Shown: positions 39,985-53,193 of the stretch, in pieces
How positions within the stretch are numbered: position 1 is the first letter of the stretch
Layout of the letters: the number at the start of each line of letters is the position of its first letter
Source of the DNA: Macrostomum lignano
Lineage: Eukaryota
Assembly: GCA_002269645.1 (NCBI GenBank)
Contig: NIVC01001701.1
Location: 1 to 64,000, forward strand
Reading direction: 5' to 3'
Length of the DNA stretch: 64,000 nucleotides
The notes under the pieces: model-generated
Databases searched by the model: none
Seen by the model: the letters and a program-made list of their open reading frames with translations, nothing else
What the model was told of the DNA's origin: nothing
Translations under genes and position numbers: made by a program

Positions 39985-40380
39985 GCTAATGGCTGGACCA
40001 GACTTAACTAATGGCTGGACCAGACTTAACTAATGGCTGGACCAGACTTAACTAATTGCTGGACCAGACTTAACTAATTGCTGGACCAGACTTAACTAAT
40101 TGCTGGACCAGACTTAACTAATGGCTGGACCAGACTTAACTAATGATTGAACCAGACTTAACTATAATGGCTGAACCAGACTTAACTAATTGTTGAACCA
40201 GACTTAACTAATGGCTGGACCAGACTTAACTAATGGTTGAACCAGACTTAACTAATGGCTGGACCAGACTTAACTAATGGCTGGACCAGACTTAACTAAT
40301 GGCTGGACCAGACTTAACTAATGGCAGGACCAGACTTAACTAATGGCTGGACCAGACTTAACTAATGGCTGGACCAGTCT
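39985..40380. repeat. 22-bp minisatellite upstream of NPF
   Basis: Unit GGCTGGACCAGACTTAACTAAT. Confidence 0.95.
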
Positions 40381-43309
40381 TATAGTTAATTGCTGGTCGA
40401 GACTTGGCTAAATTGATAAAATTTGAGTAACGGACTCGCAGCGTTGAACTCATCTGGACTGCTATGCAACACCAGCAACACAATATATAAGTTGTAAGCC
40501 AGTCACGCAAGTCTGAGAGGCAGACAACGGACTGGCATGCTATTGGCAAGCCGGGAAGCCTTTAGCGAGAGTGATCGAGCAGTGCATTTTTGCCTTTGAG
40601 GATGAGATAAACTGAAAATGTAAGCGTGCAATGTCCTATAAAGCATTGAAATACAATATAGTTTTGGGCGAGCCAGGATTGCATGGTCGGGTTCCTCATA
40701 GTTCGGAATTTGACATTGTCACGTTATTGGCGTAGCGGCCAGCTATGCGATGACCCTTAAAAGGGCCGTTTTAGTCCCAAAATAAGTTGAAGTCAATTCT
40801 TGTAAAGCGGATTTTGTAGCGGAGCACTTGGCGATAAAGGCAGGAACTGCCGTAGTTGTCTTTATTGTTAATGTCAGTATTAAGTTTGGTTGTTACTGGC
40901 AATAAACAGACTATAGCTTTCTGGGCACTGGCGGCTGCAACAATGGGTTGAATATAATTTGGATATGAAGTCAAGTGGCAGGCGAATGACACAATGGCGA
41001 CGTGACGTGAGCAGTGGCTATGAGCACAGTGAAGGCAGTGAAACGTAGTGGCGAGTTTGGCGTCGGTCGTGGCGTGAGACAGTCAAGCAAGTGTGTGAGC
41101 AGGCTGGCCCAGACAGAGGGGCCGTGGTGAGAAATAAGGAGGCTCGAGGCAGCCAGACAAACAGATAAGACAGCTAAGAGGCAGCAGGGAAGGAAACAAG
41201 GAACAAGGCTAGGCAAGCCAGACCGGACGGAGGACAAGCCTAGGGAGAGAGAACACAGAACACAAGAACAGGGACAAGCAGGGAGTGAGGAGTGCCTGCC
41301 GCCAGGCGGGGGGTTTAATAAAAGAGCGCAGAGGGGGGTAGCGCGAGCACGAGTGATTTCATTGGCTGGCGAGAGAACTTAAAATTATCGATCGTGCCAA
41401 TTTTATACGGTCGCGAGAGAGGATAGCAAAATATACAGTGAATTAGAAATTGCCACAAAATCGTTGGGCACTACTACAAGTAAACGTCGCAATAAACGAA
41501 TGGAAAAGTTTAGTTGAAACGGTGAAACTGAAGGGTTGAATGACTATGGAGAACAGCAGTCCAACGGCCCTTTTCGGGACCACCTTAAACTGACAACGTC
41601 ACAACATGGCCGAAATGAAGAAGTTTTGAGCTGTGGAAATGGTTGGCTCGGGAGTATTTGGTGATTTCGAGCCTGTGAAATTTTGAGGTGGTTATCAAAA
41701 GATTAAACTCTGTTTTCGACAGTGTACATGACATACAGCCAGTTTAAGGAGAATTAGTTCAATACTGAAGTACAACACATCTACAGTGTACTCGATCAGT
41801 ACATGCATTTCCATTCCCGTGCATCGCGCACGCCCCTGCACACTCGAAGCTCGCACTACTGCAGATATTCAAGGTAATGCCAAGGAACTGCGAGCTCTTG
41901 CTAAATGAAATTAGGCCGCAAAATGTGCATAGTGTAACGTACAAAGTGCAGTTGGAAAACTCATTATTTGTGGCTTTAAAATGAGACTGAGCAAGAATAA
42001 TGCCGGGTTTTTGCGTTAAGGATTTTGATGAATAATTACATAGTTCTTTGGCCGTGTAACTTCTTAATATCGCTTAGAGTCTTTATGAAGGTCTCTGAAG
42101 AAAATATGGCTCACAGCTTCATCTCGGCTAGATGTACATTTCGGCTATTTTTGTGCAATAGCTGTCATTAAGCTGTCATTTATATTACAAACAGATATGC
42201 AAGTTTATATTTGTCATGATCCCTTTGGAATCGAGCATTTTCGGGAATAAAATAGCTGCTGACAAATACCCAAAACCATGTTTACAATATTTTACTGCGT
42301 TTGATCAATCAAGATTACATGTAGTAACGAGCACATGCAATGTATGCGTAAAGAGCATTTGAGCAGTGCACTGATCAAAGACGCCTATTGGCGCAACTGC
42401 AGACAATGACCACCCTTGTCTCACGGCGCTAGCTTCTATAGGTATTAGACTCAGTGTCTCATGCAACTACCATTCCATCAATAAGCGCGCAGTCAAGAGA
42501 CACACATGCCATACATGTACATGTTACATATCATGATGTACATGTAGTAGGAGTACCATATTCCATATCTGATTATAAGCCTGCAACGACGTTTTATGTC
42601 GCGTTCTCGCGCAGCAGCTCTGCAAGATCTCTTCTCATTATCGTAGCTTTTATAGTGAATTGATTTTTTGGAGTACATGTAGATGGCAGTGGTGGTGAAC
42701 AACAGCGCCTACATTGAGAATAGTAAGAATTAAAACTCTTGGATGTAAGAAGCTAAAATCCACGAAAAAGAAGCAAACTGAAATATTTCTTTTTGCCCGA
42801 CGTTGATCGTTCCAACGGCAACAAGACGATCTGCTAAAAACAATAGCAAAAAGTTCCTGTTCTGACTGATGCAAGTAAATACAAGCAATTTAATTTGAAA
42901 ATGAAATATTAATTTTAATTTTTTTACCAAGCCGGACTGACTTGATGTTTAAATAAATGCTAAGATATAGTGCAAAGTATCGGATGAAGATTAATAATAT
43001 CAAAAGTACAAGTTTGCTTTATGTAACATCCATACCCCACTAGCATCATCGAAGTCGTTTTTTGTTCTTCCCGGCGTAAAATATATCAGGCGCACCTTTT
43101 TAAAACCGTGCTCATTGGCCGTTGAACTTTCAAACATCTCTTAACTTTTCTTCTTAACAATCCAAACTGTGGTGAATCACTCACTGAAATGTCAATATTG
43201 TCCGTATAAAATTTCCATTCAAGCAAGATCTACACATTGATATATAACAAATCTAAACCGTGTAGCTATTTAAAGTTTTAAATCAAGTGAAGTGCCTCAA
43301 ATTTCCAAA

Positions 43310-46300
43310 ATGGAAACAGATGCTGATGAAGTTTTAAAAGAACTCTACAATATAATGACTAAAATTTCAGAGAACAAGAAGAACAGTGATAATGCAGAGG
43401 TAAGTGACAACAGTTTAAGTTTAAGTTAGAATTCAGTATTGACCAGCACAGGTTACTGAGGTTAGGCCTATGTTTAAAGAAGTTTTGTATGCATATATCA
43501 TGTATACATTTAATTTTTTATGTTCTGAGCAAAACATGTTATTTGTTTTTTTGAGATGCTTTCCACCCTTGGTATGCAATGGCAATGCTATATGAAAGTT
43601 TTTGTGATTAAGAGCTTTGATAGGCCCTAGACTGGTTTTTAATTCACGATTTATATAATATGGGTTAGAATTAATCTAATATTGAATGGGTCTCAATGCC
43701 TCTATTCAAGTTTAGGTTATTAAAAAATCAGTCCCTATAAAATAAAAAATCTTAAACTTAAAACTCCTCATTTACTACCACTACCATACATGCGCAACTT
43801 TGGGAATCACTTGGCCATTTCTATTGGCAACACATACATACATGTAAGTTGCTAGGCTATTGGCTGAGAATAGTCATATGATTACTATTTTGTCCAATAG
43901 CGACTTACATGTGTGTGTTGCCAATATAAATGGCTGTGTGAATCCTTAAGTTGCACTTAAGCATGATATATGGTTCTTAGTCATTTTGTCATCTGCCATT
44001 TTGTCATCTGGGTGTCTAGGGTGCTCACCTCGACTATGGTCACTTTGTCATCTTAATTAACATGCACTACCTGAAGAGAGTCATTTTGTCATCTACCAAT
44101 CATATTAGTTCCAACTTCAAGTGAATTATTGTGGCAATCAAACATACGAGGGGTGTCCAAAAAGTAGTGATACTTTTAACTGTAGCTCTCATTCTATACC
44201 TTCCTGTGATTTAAAATTTTATGAACTGATAGTGGAAAATCTCTTCTACAGACTGCTTTTTAAATTTTTAAAATTGATACTAGAGAACAAAAGTTATACC
44301 CACGAAAGTAACAGTACCTGTACCATAGAGTTACACAAATTATAGGCTGAGCTTCACGAGATCCATGCGAGTAAGCTTCAATGAATTGTTGATTTCGGCT
44401 TGTCCAACCTGTCAGCGATCTCTCTAATGGTCAAGAAGATCCAGAATGGAGTCCGCTAGTACATCAGGTCGGTGAACGTATGGCCGCCCTGTCCAATGCT
44501 GATCTGCCAAGTCAGTCCTTCCCTCGCTGAACTGCTCCATCTATCAATAAACTGTCATTTTGCTGACCGCAGAGGATCCGTGCACAAAGCAAATTTTTGC
44601 ATGAATTTCTGAGGCACCATGGCCAGCGCCCCAAAGAGTGAAGATGGTACTTTGCTGAGCAACAACTGAGTGCACATTCATGTGTGTTGTCAAGTATGGG
44701 CAATGAAATCATGAACGAATCGCAAAATGCAAGCTCCTCTGTTTGCAAGTAAAATAATGCATTTAATGCTTTATTTTTCTGCGCTTGATCCTGTCCATAG
44801 ATAAATTTCAGTCAGTCACAGTGAGCATCATTTTGCAATTGGGCTTTGGTATTGCTTAAACAAGACATTTATCGATGCCTTCTTAATGAATGAGTGCAGA
44901 AGTCAACTATTATAAATTTCGATATAATTTGTAACTCTATGGTACAGGTACTGTTACTTTCGTGGGTATAACTTTTGTTCTCTAGTATCAATTTTAAATA
45001 TTCAAAAAGCAGTCTGTAGAAGAGACTTTCTGCTATCAGTTCATAAAATTTTAAATCGCAGGAAGGTATAGAATGAGAGCTACGGTTAAAAGTATCACTA
45101 CTTTTTGGACACCCCTCATATTTACTTGGAATCCTAATGATCCCAGTCATTTTGTCATCTCAATTGATAAAACCTGTCAATCGATTGGTTCTGCTTGCCA
45201 CAGCTTATAGTTATTAAACAAAAATAGTTTACACTAACTTGAATCACACACAGATTGATTGGTTGATGACAAAGTATTTAGCATAAGTAAATATTTGGTC
45301 ACTTCGTCATATTTTTTCTCAAGCTACTTTGCTTCTGGTCACTTTGTTATCCAATATGATGAAATGGAATATGACAATCTGACCAGTGACTTGATATATA
45401 CCCAGTAGTTGGCTATTGACCTTTTAGTTAGGTCATCTTAACATCTTTCAAATCCTAGATCCAGAATTTATAAATATAATCCATTTCGGTAATAGCCACT
45501 TTGGTAACTGCCACTTCTATAGTAACAAAAAATGACCAGTGATGGGCACCGCTAAATATTTTTGTAGCGCCGCTATATAGCATTTCCGCTATCAAATTTT
45601 TAAAAAAAGTTTGCGCTGTTATGTAGCGGCCACTATTTTAGTTTCAAAATTAGCGAATTTAGCGCCGCTAAATATGAAATTCACTAAAATTCAAAATTTC
45701 CTAAAAACATGAAAAAAAGATTCATTTTTACCATTTCTTTTGTTTAGTTTGAGCAGTATAAATATTAGAAAGATTTTACTTTACATTTAATAAAATAAAA
45801 CGCAAATTAGTCAAAAATTTGTCAAATTGAAAAAAGTAATTTGTTGTACTTATATGGCACAAAGCCAAAGGATAAGGTAAGGTAACCGGTACAGTTAACA
45901 CTAACACTAACAGACAATAGTACCATAGTAAGTTTAGTAACTTTACTTAGTAAGTTGCCACTGCCAGTCGCCAAGTCGGTCACTGTCGCCAGTTGGTAGT
46001 CAGTGTTGGTAATTGACGTGACTATTTAAATTCTACTATCGGAATTGATTGAATTGCTGATTTACAGAATTGTATTGTAATTACGACACTTGCAATTGAA
46101 TCAATTGAATAAATTGAATAATAAAATAAACATTTAAAGATTTATTTAGGAGATAAAATAATTATTCAGACAAAAAACAAACAGCAAGAACAACAGCAGC
46201 AAAAACGAGACAAGTAACAAAAACAAAAAAGAAAAGTTAGACTCATCACTCATCAATCATCAGTCATCACTATCGTCTATCAGGCATCAGCATCAGTCTA

Positions 46301-49300
46301 TGATCTATCTATGAGTCCTATGACTATGAGTATGACCATACATGCGCAACAGTTGGCCAAGTCGGCCGATCCAGCCGACTGATTTGGTGGCCAACCAAGG
46401 AAGTTGCAAAAATTCCCACCCAAAAAAATACCCATAGTAGTACTAAGTAGCTGACGAGGCACTTTAGCTCAATAAGACAGTCATAGTTACTTCTGCCGTT
46501 TACCCAAAGTTGCGTTAATTTTGCTTTAGGGTTTTTTTACTTGTAAGTTGCATTTTTGGCCAAAAACTATGTCGCATTTTTGTTAAAACTAAGTCGCATG
46601 GCCGACCGAATTTTGGAGGTTGCGCATGTATGAGTATGACTGAATATCAATTTATTTTATTTCTATCCCTATCAGTATCAGTATGACAGTATCAGTGAGT
46701 ACAGTATACATGACTTGATTGTAAATTCTAAATACTGTCATTACGTTACGTACATTAAAAAAAGACTTTAAAAATTAAAATCAGTAAAACAAAATTGTTT
46801 AGAAGACTGAAAACCCTAAAAAACAATGTAAAAGAAAATTTGTTGCCTAAAATTTAGCGAATTTCAATTTTTAGCGAATTTGAACGAAATGTAGCAGCGC
46901 TTTTATAGCATACGCTAAGTCAAAATTCAATTTAGCAATATTAGTGAATTTCAAAAATCGTAGCGGCACTATAGCAAATTTCAAATTTAGCGCCCGCTAT
47001 GCCCATCACTGAAAATGACCATTGACTTTAGTAATAGCTACTTTGGTAACAGCTGCTTCAGTAACAGCCATTTTGGTAATAAAACAGATTTACAACTACT
47101 AATATCGTAGGTATACTAGTTCTCACCCTGTAACTATTCTACTGCTGCAACCAAAGTTATAATAGGCATGATTGCTTTCATTGAAATTATCCCACTGCTG
47201 AGTCACCAAAGTTGTAACAGGGGTCTTGCTTCCCTCTTAGCTATTCTACCAATGCCACCAAGTTATAATAGGGCTTAACTTCTATCTTTATAAATGTCTT
47301 AATATTGGTAGCTGCCACCAAGACTATTCTATTAATAAATTATGAGTTTAAAATCTTAAAGTAACTCTGAGAAATGTTTCTTAGAATTAGTCTGAGTATT
47401 TATTCTAAGTATAAGTCAGAGTATTTGATCTGTGAACTATTCTTAGAATACTATCTAGCCCTTATGAGTATCATTCTTTTGTATTTCTGGTAGCATTTAC
47501 TCTTATTCTAGTTGCATTCTACTAGTAATTTGGCCTGAGAGGTATATTGGCTTACTGGTATATATTGTATATATTTTCAGTCCTGGACATGACTGAGATC
47601 AGAGGGTCACAGCCTCCAGTTATTCTTACATGTATTGATTTAGGATCTACTTTGTAGTCTCTTACTACACTTCTACTTCTAAGTAGTATATACTGTATAT
47701 GCTTTGACCTACTTCACTTTTACTTATGCAAATGAATAACTTGGAAAACAATTTTCCAATACTTTAATAACATTTACTCAGAACTCTTATTATTCAATAC
47801 TGGCTTTCTTTCTTAAGGAACTGCAATGTGCGAGGTTGGCCTCTCCTCTGCCAAAAACACTTCTATTTATACTAAAAATTTTTGCTAGTTTAAACAAAAA
47901 TTAGTTTGCATAAAATATTATAAAAAATACATGTATTATAACAAATATGTTTTCCTAGATTCGGCATGCATTCAAAATGAGTTATACAATTATAAATTTT
48001 GTAAAAGAATTGGGAGGGGCCCTGCACACTAATGCTATATCTTTATGGTAAAAGACTTTGGCAACAATTAGTTTAATAATAAATATTTCATTTCAACTAC
48101 TTTATTGCCAAGTTTGGTTCAATTTTCTAGCTAAATAAAAATATAATTTGTTTAAATTTATGGAATTATGCATAAAATTTATTAAAAATTTCATGGTGGC
48201 AAGGAAAATTATGTAAGTTGAAAATTGGAAATTTTAAGTAAGTAATTATAATATAAACAAATAAAAAAGTTGTTTCTATAAATGAAGTTGCTAATTCAAA
48301 GATTCTAATATACACAATATTTCATCAACAGGATGTATTAGCTTGTATATACATTTGGCGCATCCAAAAATTAAAATAAAAATATATCTAGATTAAAATA
48401 CATAGGCCTATAATTTTCTGCTTCAACCCAAATCTTGAAGTTTGCAAGAAAATGTCTTAATTATTTTTCATCATTATTTCTTTAAAGTTGGCTTGCAAAA
48501 TCTTTTTGAGCATATCAATCAATACATATCATTATTTTCACTTGTTATCAAAGTGGCTGTTACTGAAATGGCTATTACCAAAGTGGCTGTTACTGAAATG
48601 GCTATTACCAAATTGGCTGTTACTGAAATGGCTATTACCAAAGTGGCTGTTACTGAAATGGCTATTACCAAAGTGGCTGTTACTGAAATGGCTATTACCA
48701 AAGTGGCTGTTACTGAAATGGCTATTACCAAAGTGGCTGTTACCAAATTAGACTATTACCAAATTTATGCACCTAATCTTGAAAAGGTCTGTATGCTTTA
48801 ATCCAAGTTTAGATTGATAATTTCAATCGCCATGAATAATCTCCCTACCTTAAAACCCCTCCTTCCCTATGCCTGGCTGGTTGGCTTTAAGCTATATATA
48901 GTTAGGTTGAAATTGAAGTTGAAATTGGGGTTGGTCTTGAATCATTCAAATTTGTTTCTTTGCTAACACTGGAACCAGATCAATGGCAGTATGAATATAG
49001 CCTTGAACTGCCTCCATGGATGGAGGTCTTATGAGAATAAGGATTAAGGAAAAAACGAGTTCAGTTCATTGGGTATTGAGATGAGACAAATTGGGACTAA
49101 AGTTTTTAATGAAATACAAAAGGCCTGCTTATTATCACTTTAATTTTGTTGAATGCTGTCTGTATTTGTAAGGAAGTTGAGAAAAAAGTTTTAAAATATA
49201 TGCTTAAAAATATATGATATTGATTAGGTGTAGGTTTACCATACCCAAATATTCCCCATTTTCCATCCATGGAAATTTGGGTTCCATGTTGGGTTTGATC

Positions 49301-52300
49301 TAAAAAATTAATGAAATTACCCGAAATTTGGAATTTGGTTTGGGTACCCGAAACAGCACTAGCTGGGCATGCCTAGGTGCTCTCATGCATGATGCTGACA
49401 CCCTATTAAACTCAATACTCCATCCAATCACTGCGCCAGCAAAACGCGGCCCTGTTCAGGAAGATCTTGGAGCTTCCACGCAGTCAGAGCGCCGATTCCC
49501 GATCGAAGCGACTCGCTTCCCAGTTTGTCGGCCGGCTGTTCAAGGACTTTCCGGAGGACCAGCCGGCAGCATTCGAAGCCATGGTTGACCTTGTTGAGGA
49601 TGACGACTTGAATGTTCGGAAGCAGGCGATTAGTGACTTGCCTAAGCTGTGCAAGGATGTGCCAGTGTACGTTGCAAAGGTTACTGACCTGCTCGTCCAG
49701 ATGCTGCAATCTGACGATCCACAGGTTGGTTTGAGTTTCTGTTGCTGATCAATGCAGCGGTTGATGCAGAGTCCAGCCTGGGAACAGCGGTTGATGCATA
49801 ACTCAGGGCTGGGAGCAGCAGTTAATGCAGAATCCAGGGCTGGGAGCATCAGTTAATGCAGAATCCAGGGCTGGGAGCAGCGGTTGATGCAGCATCCAGG
49901 GCTGGGAGCAGCAGTTGATGCAGAATCCAGCGATTGGAGCAGCAGTTGATGCAGAATCCAGGGCTGGGAGCAGCAGTTGATGCAGAATCCAGGGCTGGGA
50001 GCAGCAGTTGATGCAGAATCCAGGGCTGGGAGCAGCAGTTGATGCAGAATCCAGGGCTGGAAGCAGCAGTTAATGCAGAATCCAGGGCTGGGAGCAGCAG
50101 TTAATGCAGAATCCAGGGCTGGGAGCAGCTGCAACATCTTCCAAATCCCCAACCCCGCTGAAAAACTCGCCAGGAGCAGCCCCTGGTGAACAACGCTCTG
50201 TCGCAGACTTTGACTGGACACCCGGCCGAGGCCCTCACCGGGCTGTTCAACCAGCTGACTCACGAGGAGGCCTCCGACCTGACCCGGGAGAGAGCGCTGC
50301 GCTTTCTAACCGCCAAGTTGGCACACCTGGCGCTGACGCCGCCACAGGAGGAGCTGCTGTCTCGCCTGCTGATCGATGAGCTGCTGTACGACGTGAGCGA
50401 GGACGAGTTCACCACGGCCGTCAACCTGCTGGCCGGGCTTGGCTGCATGCGCGGAGCAGCGGGCCGGCAGCGCCTGGTTGACGCCGTCTGCCAGCAGGCC
50501 GACCTGGCGGTCCCCTTTGATCCGGCCAGCCCAGCCGATGTGGCCCGCCTGAGCGAATGCGCCAGGATGGCTGCCAAGCATATGGGGGTGCGCATCCACC
50601 CATGACTTTGGGGTTCCTGTTTTTCCTGCTTGTTCACACTATTTTATCCGTGTCTCCACATGTATCACATTATATTCTGTGTTTTACCTGTGTCTTCACT
50701 TGTCATTTCCTGTCTTCACTTGTGTCATTTCCTGTGTCTTCACTTGTGTCATTTCCTGTGTCTTCACTTCTCATTTCTGTGTCTTCACTTGTGTCATTTC
50801 CTGTGTCTTCACTTGTGTCATTTCCTGTGTCTTCACTTGTGTCATTTCCTGTGTCTTCACTTGTGTGTCATTTCCTGTGTCTTCACTTGTGTCATTTCCT
50901 GTGTCTTCACTTGTGTCATTTCCTGTGTCTTCACTTGTGTGTCATTTCCTGTGTCTTCACTTGTGTCATTTCCTGTGTCTTCACTTCTCATTTCTGTGTC
51001 TTCACTTGTGTCATTTCCTGTGTCTTCACTTGTGTCATTTCCTGTGTCTTCACTTGTGTCATTTCCTGTGTCTTCACTTGTGTCATTTCCTGTGTCTTCA
51101 CTTGTGTGTCATTTCCTGTGTCTTCACTTGTGTCATTTCCTGTGTCTTCACTTCTCATTTCTGTGTCTTCACTTCTCATTTCTGTGTCTTCACTTGTGTC
51201 ATTTTCTGTGTCTTCATTTGTCATTTCCTGTGTCTTCACTTGTGTCATTTCCTGTGTCTTCACTTCTCATTTCTGTGTCTTCACTTGTGTCATTTCCTGT
51301 GTCTTCACTTGCGTCATTTCCTGTGTCTTCACATGTGTCATTTTCTGCGTTTTCACTTGTCATTTCCTGTGTCTTCACTTGTGTCATTTCCTGTGTCTTC
51401 ACTTGTGTCATTTCCTGTGTCTTCACTTGTGTCATTTTCTGCGTTTTCACTTGTCATTTCCTGTGTCTTCACTTGTGTCATTTCCTGTGTCTTCACTTGT
51501 GTCATTTCCTGTGTCTTCACTTGTGTCATTTTCTGCGTTTTCACTTGTCATTTCCTGTGTCTTCACTTGTAATTTCCTGTGTCTTCACTTGTGTCATTTC
51601 CTGTGTCTTCACTTGTCATTCCCTGTGTCTTTACCTTATATTTTCCTGTGTATTTCCATTTCACTGTCTTTCTCTTTACTGGATTTTTTCCTGCGCTCCT
51701 GCGTATTCCAGGGAAAACAGGTAAGCTCGTCACCCCTTATCCGGTGTTTTTATTTTGGTCTTCAATGTTTCTACCGGTGTCTTAGAAACTCGACACTTGT
51801 TTATCTGTCCCATATTTTTTCAAGAGTATGTACGTCCTTACCTATCTCTGGCTGTCTTTACATGTAACACTGGTGTGTTGTTCCTCTTTTCCATTGATAT
51901 CAGCCTGATGCAACCCTTCCCAACTCAGTCACACACCCATTTCCTTGTACAGCGCAACGTCAGCGCCAAGGCTCTGCTGGTGTACTACCTGGACCGGGTG
52001 GTGCCCAGCATCGACCTGGTGGACGACTCGGCTTCCGGGCCTGGCCTGGCCGACTCGCCCCGCCTCGGCCTGCTGCGTCGCCTGGCGGAACTGAGCTCTG
52101 CTGCCGGTGAGGATTTGGGATCAGTAATGGCTGTATTGGGATCAGTGTTCAGTGCTAATTAGCTCTCATTTCACCTGTCAGGCTCCTCATTCGCGGTCAC
52201 TGACAAGCAGCTTTCGGCACTGCTTGACCGCCTGCTCGACCGCCTGCCGCTGCCGCCGACGCCGCCGCCAACGCCAATGGCGACTTCGTCAAACGATAAC

Positions 52301-53193
52301 GAGCAGGCCGAGACTGACAAGGTGCCGGAGGAGGGTGAGATTGCGCCAGCAGTCGGCGAGCCCGAGCTGAACTTCTCTCAGATCGAGTGCCTGTTGTTCG
52401 CCTTCCACCGCCTGGCCAAGACCAACTCGGACTTCCTGACCGCCTGTCCCGACCGACTGGCCGACTTTGCCAAGCGGATCGGCTATCTGAGCCAGTGAGG
52501 CTTCTGTTTCAGTCTGCATCACTGCTAAGAGTCCTATCTCAAATCCTCAATCTTTCTGAGATCCTCAACTTGACCTCGCAATCTTGATTCTCACTAATTA
52601 TTCAGCCTTATTTGTCCTAAATTTTACTGCATGTCTTCATCTCGTTACTTCGCCAAACCAAACTCAGAGCCAACCAAGTGTACCTGCGATCGCTGCGGTC
52701 AGCAGTTCGAGCTCCATTACGTGCGGAGGACGCCGTCCCCACCCCTGCTGCAGCCGTTGAAGATGCCGCCCCATCGACTCAGCCGGATGCGAGCGACGAC
52801 GCCGAGAAGGCGGAAAAAGCTGAGGAACCCAAAGCTGCTGAGCCGCCGATCGCAGACCCCGCCCGCCTTCGCGAGGTCGCCCTGGCCACCGCCGAGAACA
52901 TCGCCCTGCTGGCTCGCGACCTGTCCAGATCGCCGCCCTCCTACCGGGCTGAGCTGGCCGTCTCCTGTCTGTCTTGGCGCCAGTTGGCCGCCTCCGGCGC
53001 CGACCGGCTCGGCAAGCGGCGCGGCGAAGTCAGCGACGACGAGGAAGAGGATCGCGGCGGAGCCCGCCGACGCTTTGCGGGGGATCAGCGGAGCTCTGAT
53101 CGGAGGGCGCGGGACCGATTTGGCGGCGGTGGCGGCGGGATGCGAAGCCGTCGCGGTGGCGGCGGTGGCGGATGGCGAAGCAACCGGTGGTAG
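43310..53193 (+). CDS. API5: Apoptosis inhibitor 5 homolog, 593 aa; join(43310..43399,49440..49724,50174..50587,51953..52106,52182..52494,52668..53193)
   Basis: [17 protein letters not shown]...[19 protein letters not shown]...LVNNAL...RERALRFL...[15 protein letters not shown]...[17 protein letters not shown]...PPSYRAEL follows API5 along its length; GT-AG phases 0,0,0,1,2; 1782 nt. Confidence 0.94.
44147..45118 (-). mobile_element. Mariner-family deletion derivative with about 200-bp TIRs
   Basis: TIRs 44147-44344 and 44921-45118 (CGAGGGGTGTCCAAAAAGT...), TA TSD. Internal minus-strand [14 protein letters not shown] and [18 protein letters not shown] (HTH) fragments. Confidence 0.88.
45537..47011. 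mobile_element. hAT-type non-autonomous element
   Basis: TIR CAGTGATGGGCA / TGCCCATCACTG; 8-bp TSD AAAATGAC at 45529-45536 and 47012-47019. Confidence 0.9.
46341..46628. mobile_element. 288-bp MITE, copy 2, nested in the hAT element
   Basis: Same TIR, length and internal sequence as 8083-8370; TA flanks. Confidence 0.88.
49755..50125. repeat. 31-bp minisatellite in API5 intron 2
   Basis: Unit GATGCAGAATCCAGGGCTGGGAGCAGCAGTT. Confidence 0.94.
50690..51625. repeat. 22/24/26-bp minisatellite in API5 intron 3
   Basis: Unit CACTTGTGTCATTTCCTGTGTCTT with TG-length variants. Confidence 0.95.

Larger units (their letters stand above)
45481..48770. mobile_element. Foldback-type element with inverted 15-bp subrepeat arms
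   Basis: Left arm GCCACTTTGGTAAC/GCCATTTCGGTAAT at 45481-45525, resuming 47020-47085; inverted right arm as a 30-bp tandem array at 48551-48770. Exact termini not resolved. Confidence 0.6.

Noticed and set aside
50557-51867. Cys/Phe-rich ORFs up to 436 aa
   Set aside because: They lie in the API5 intron 3 minisatellite.
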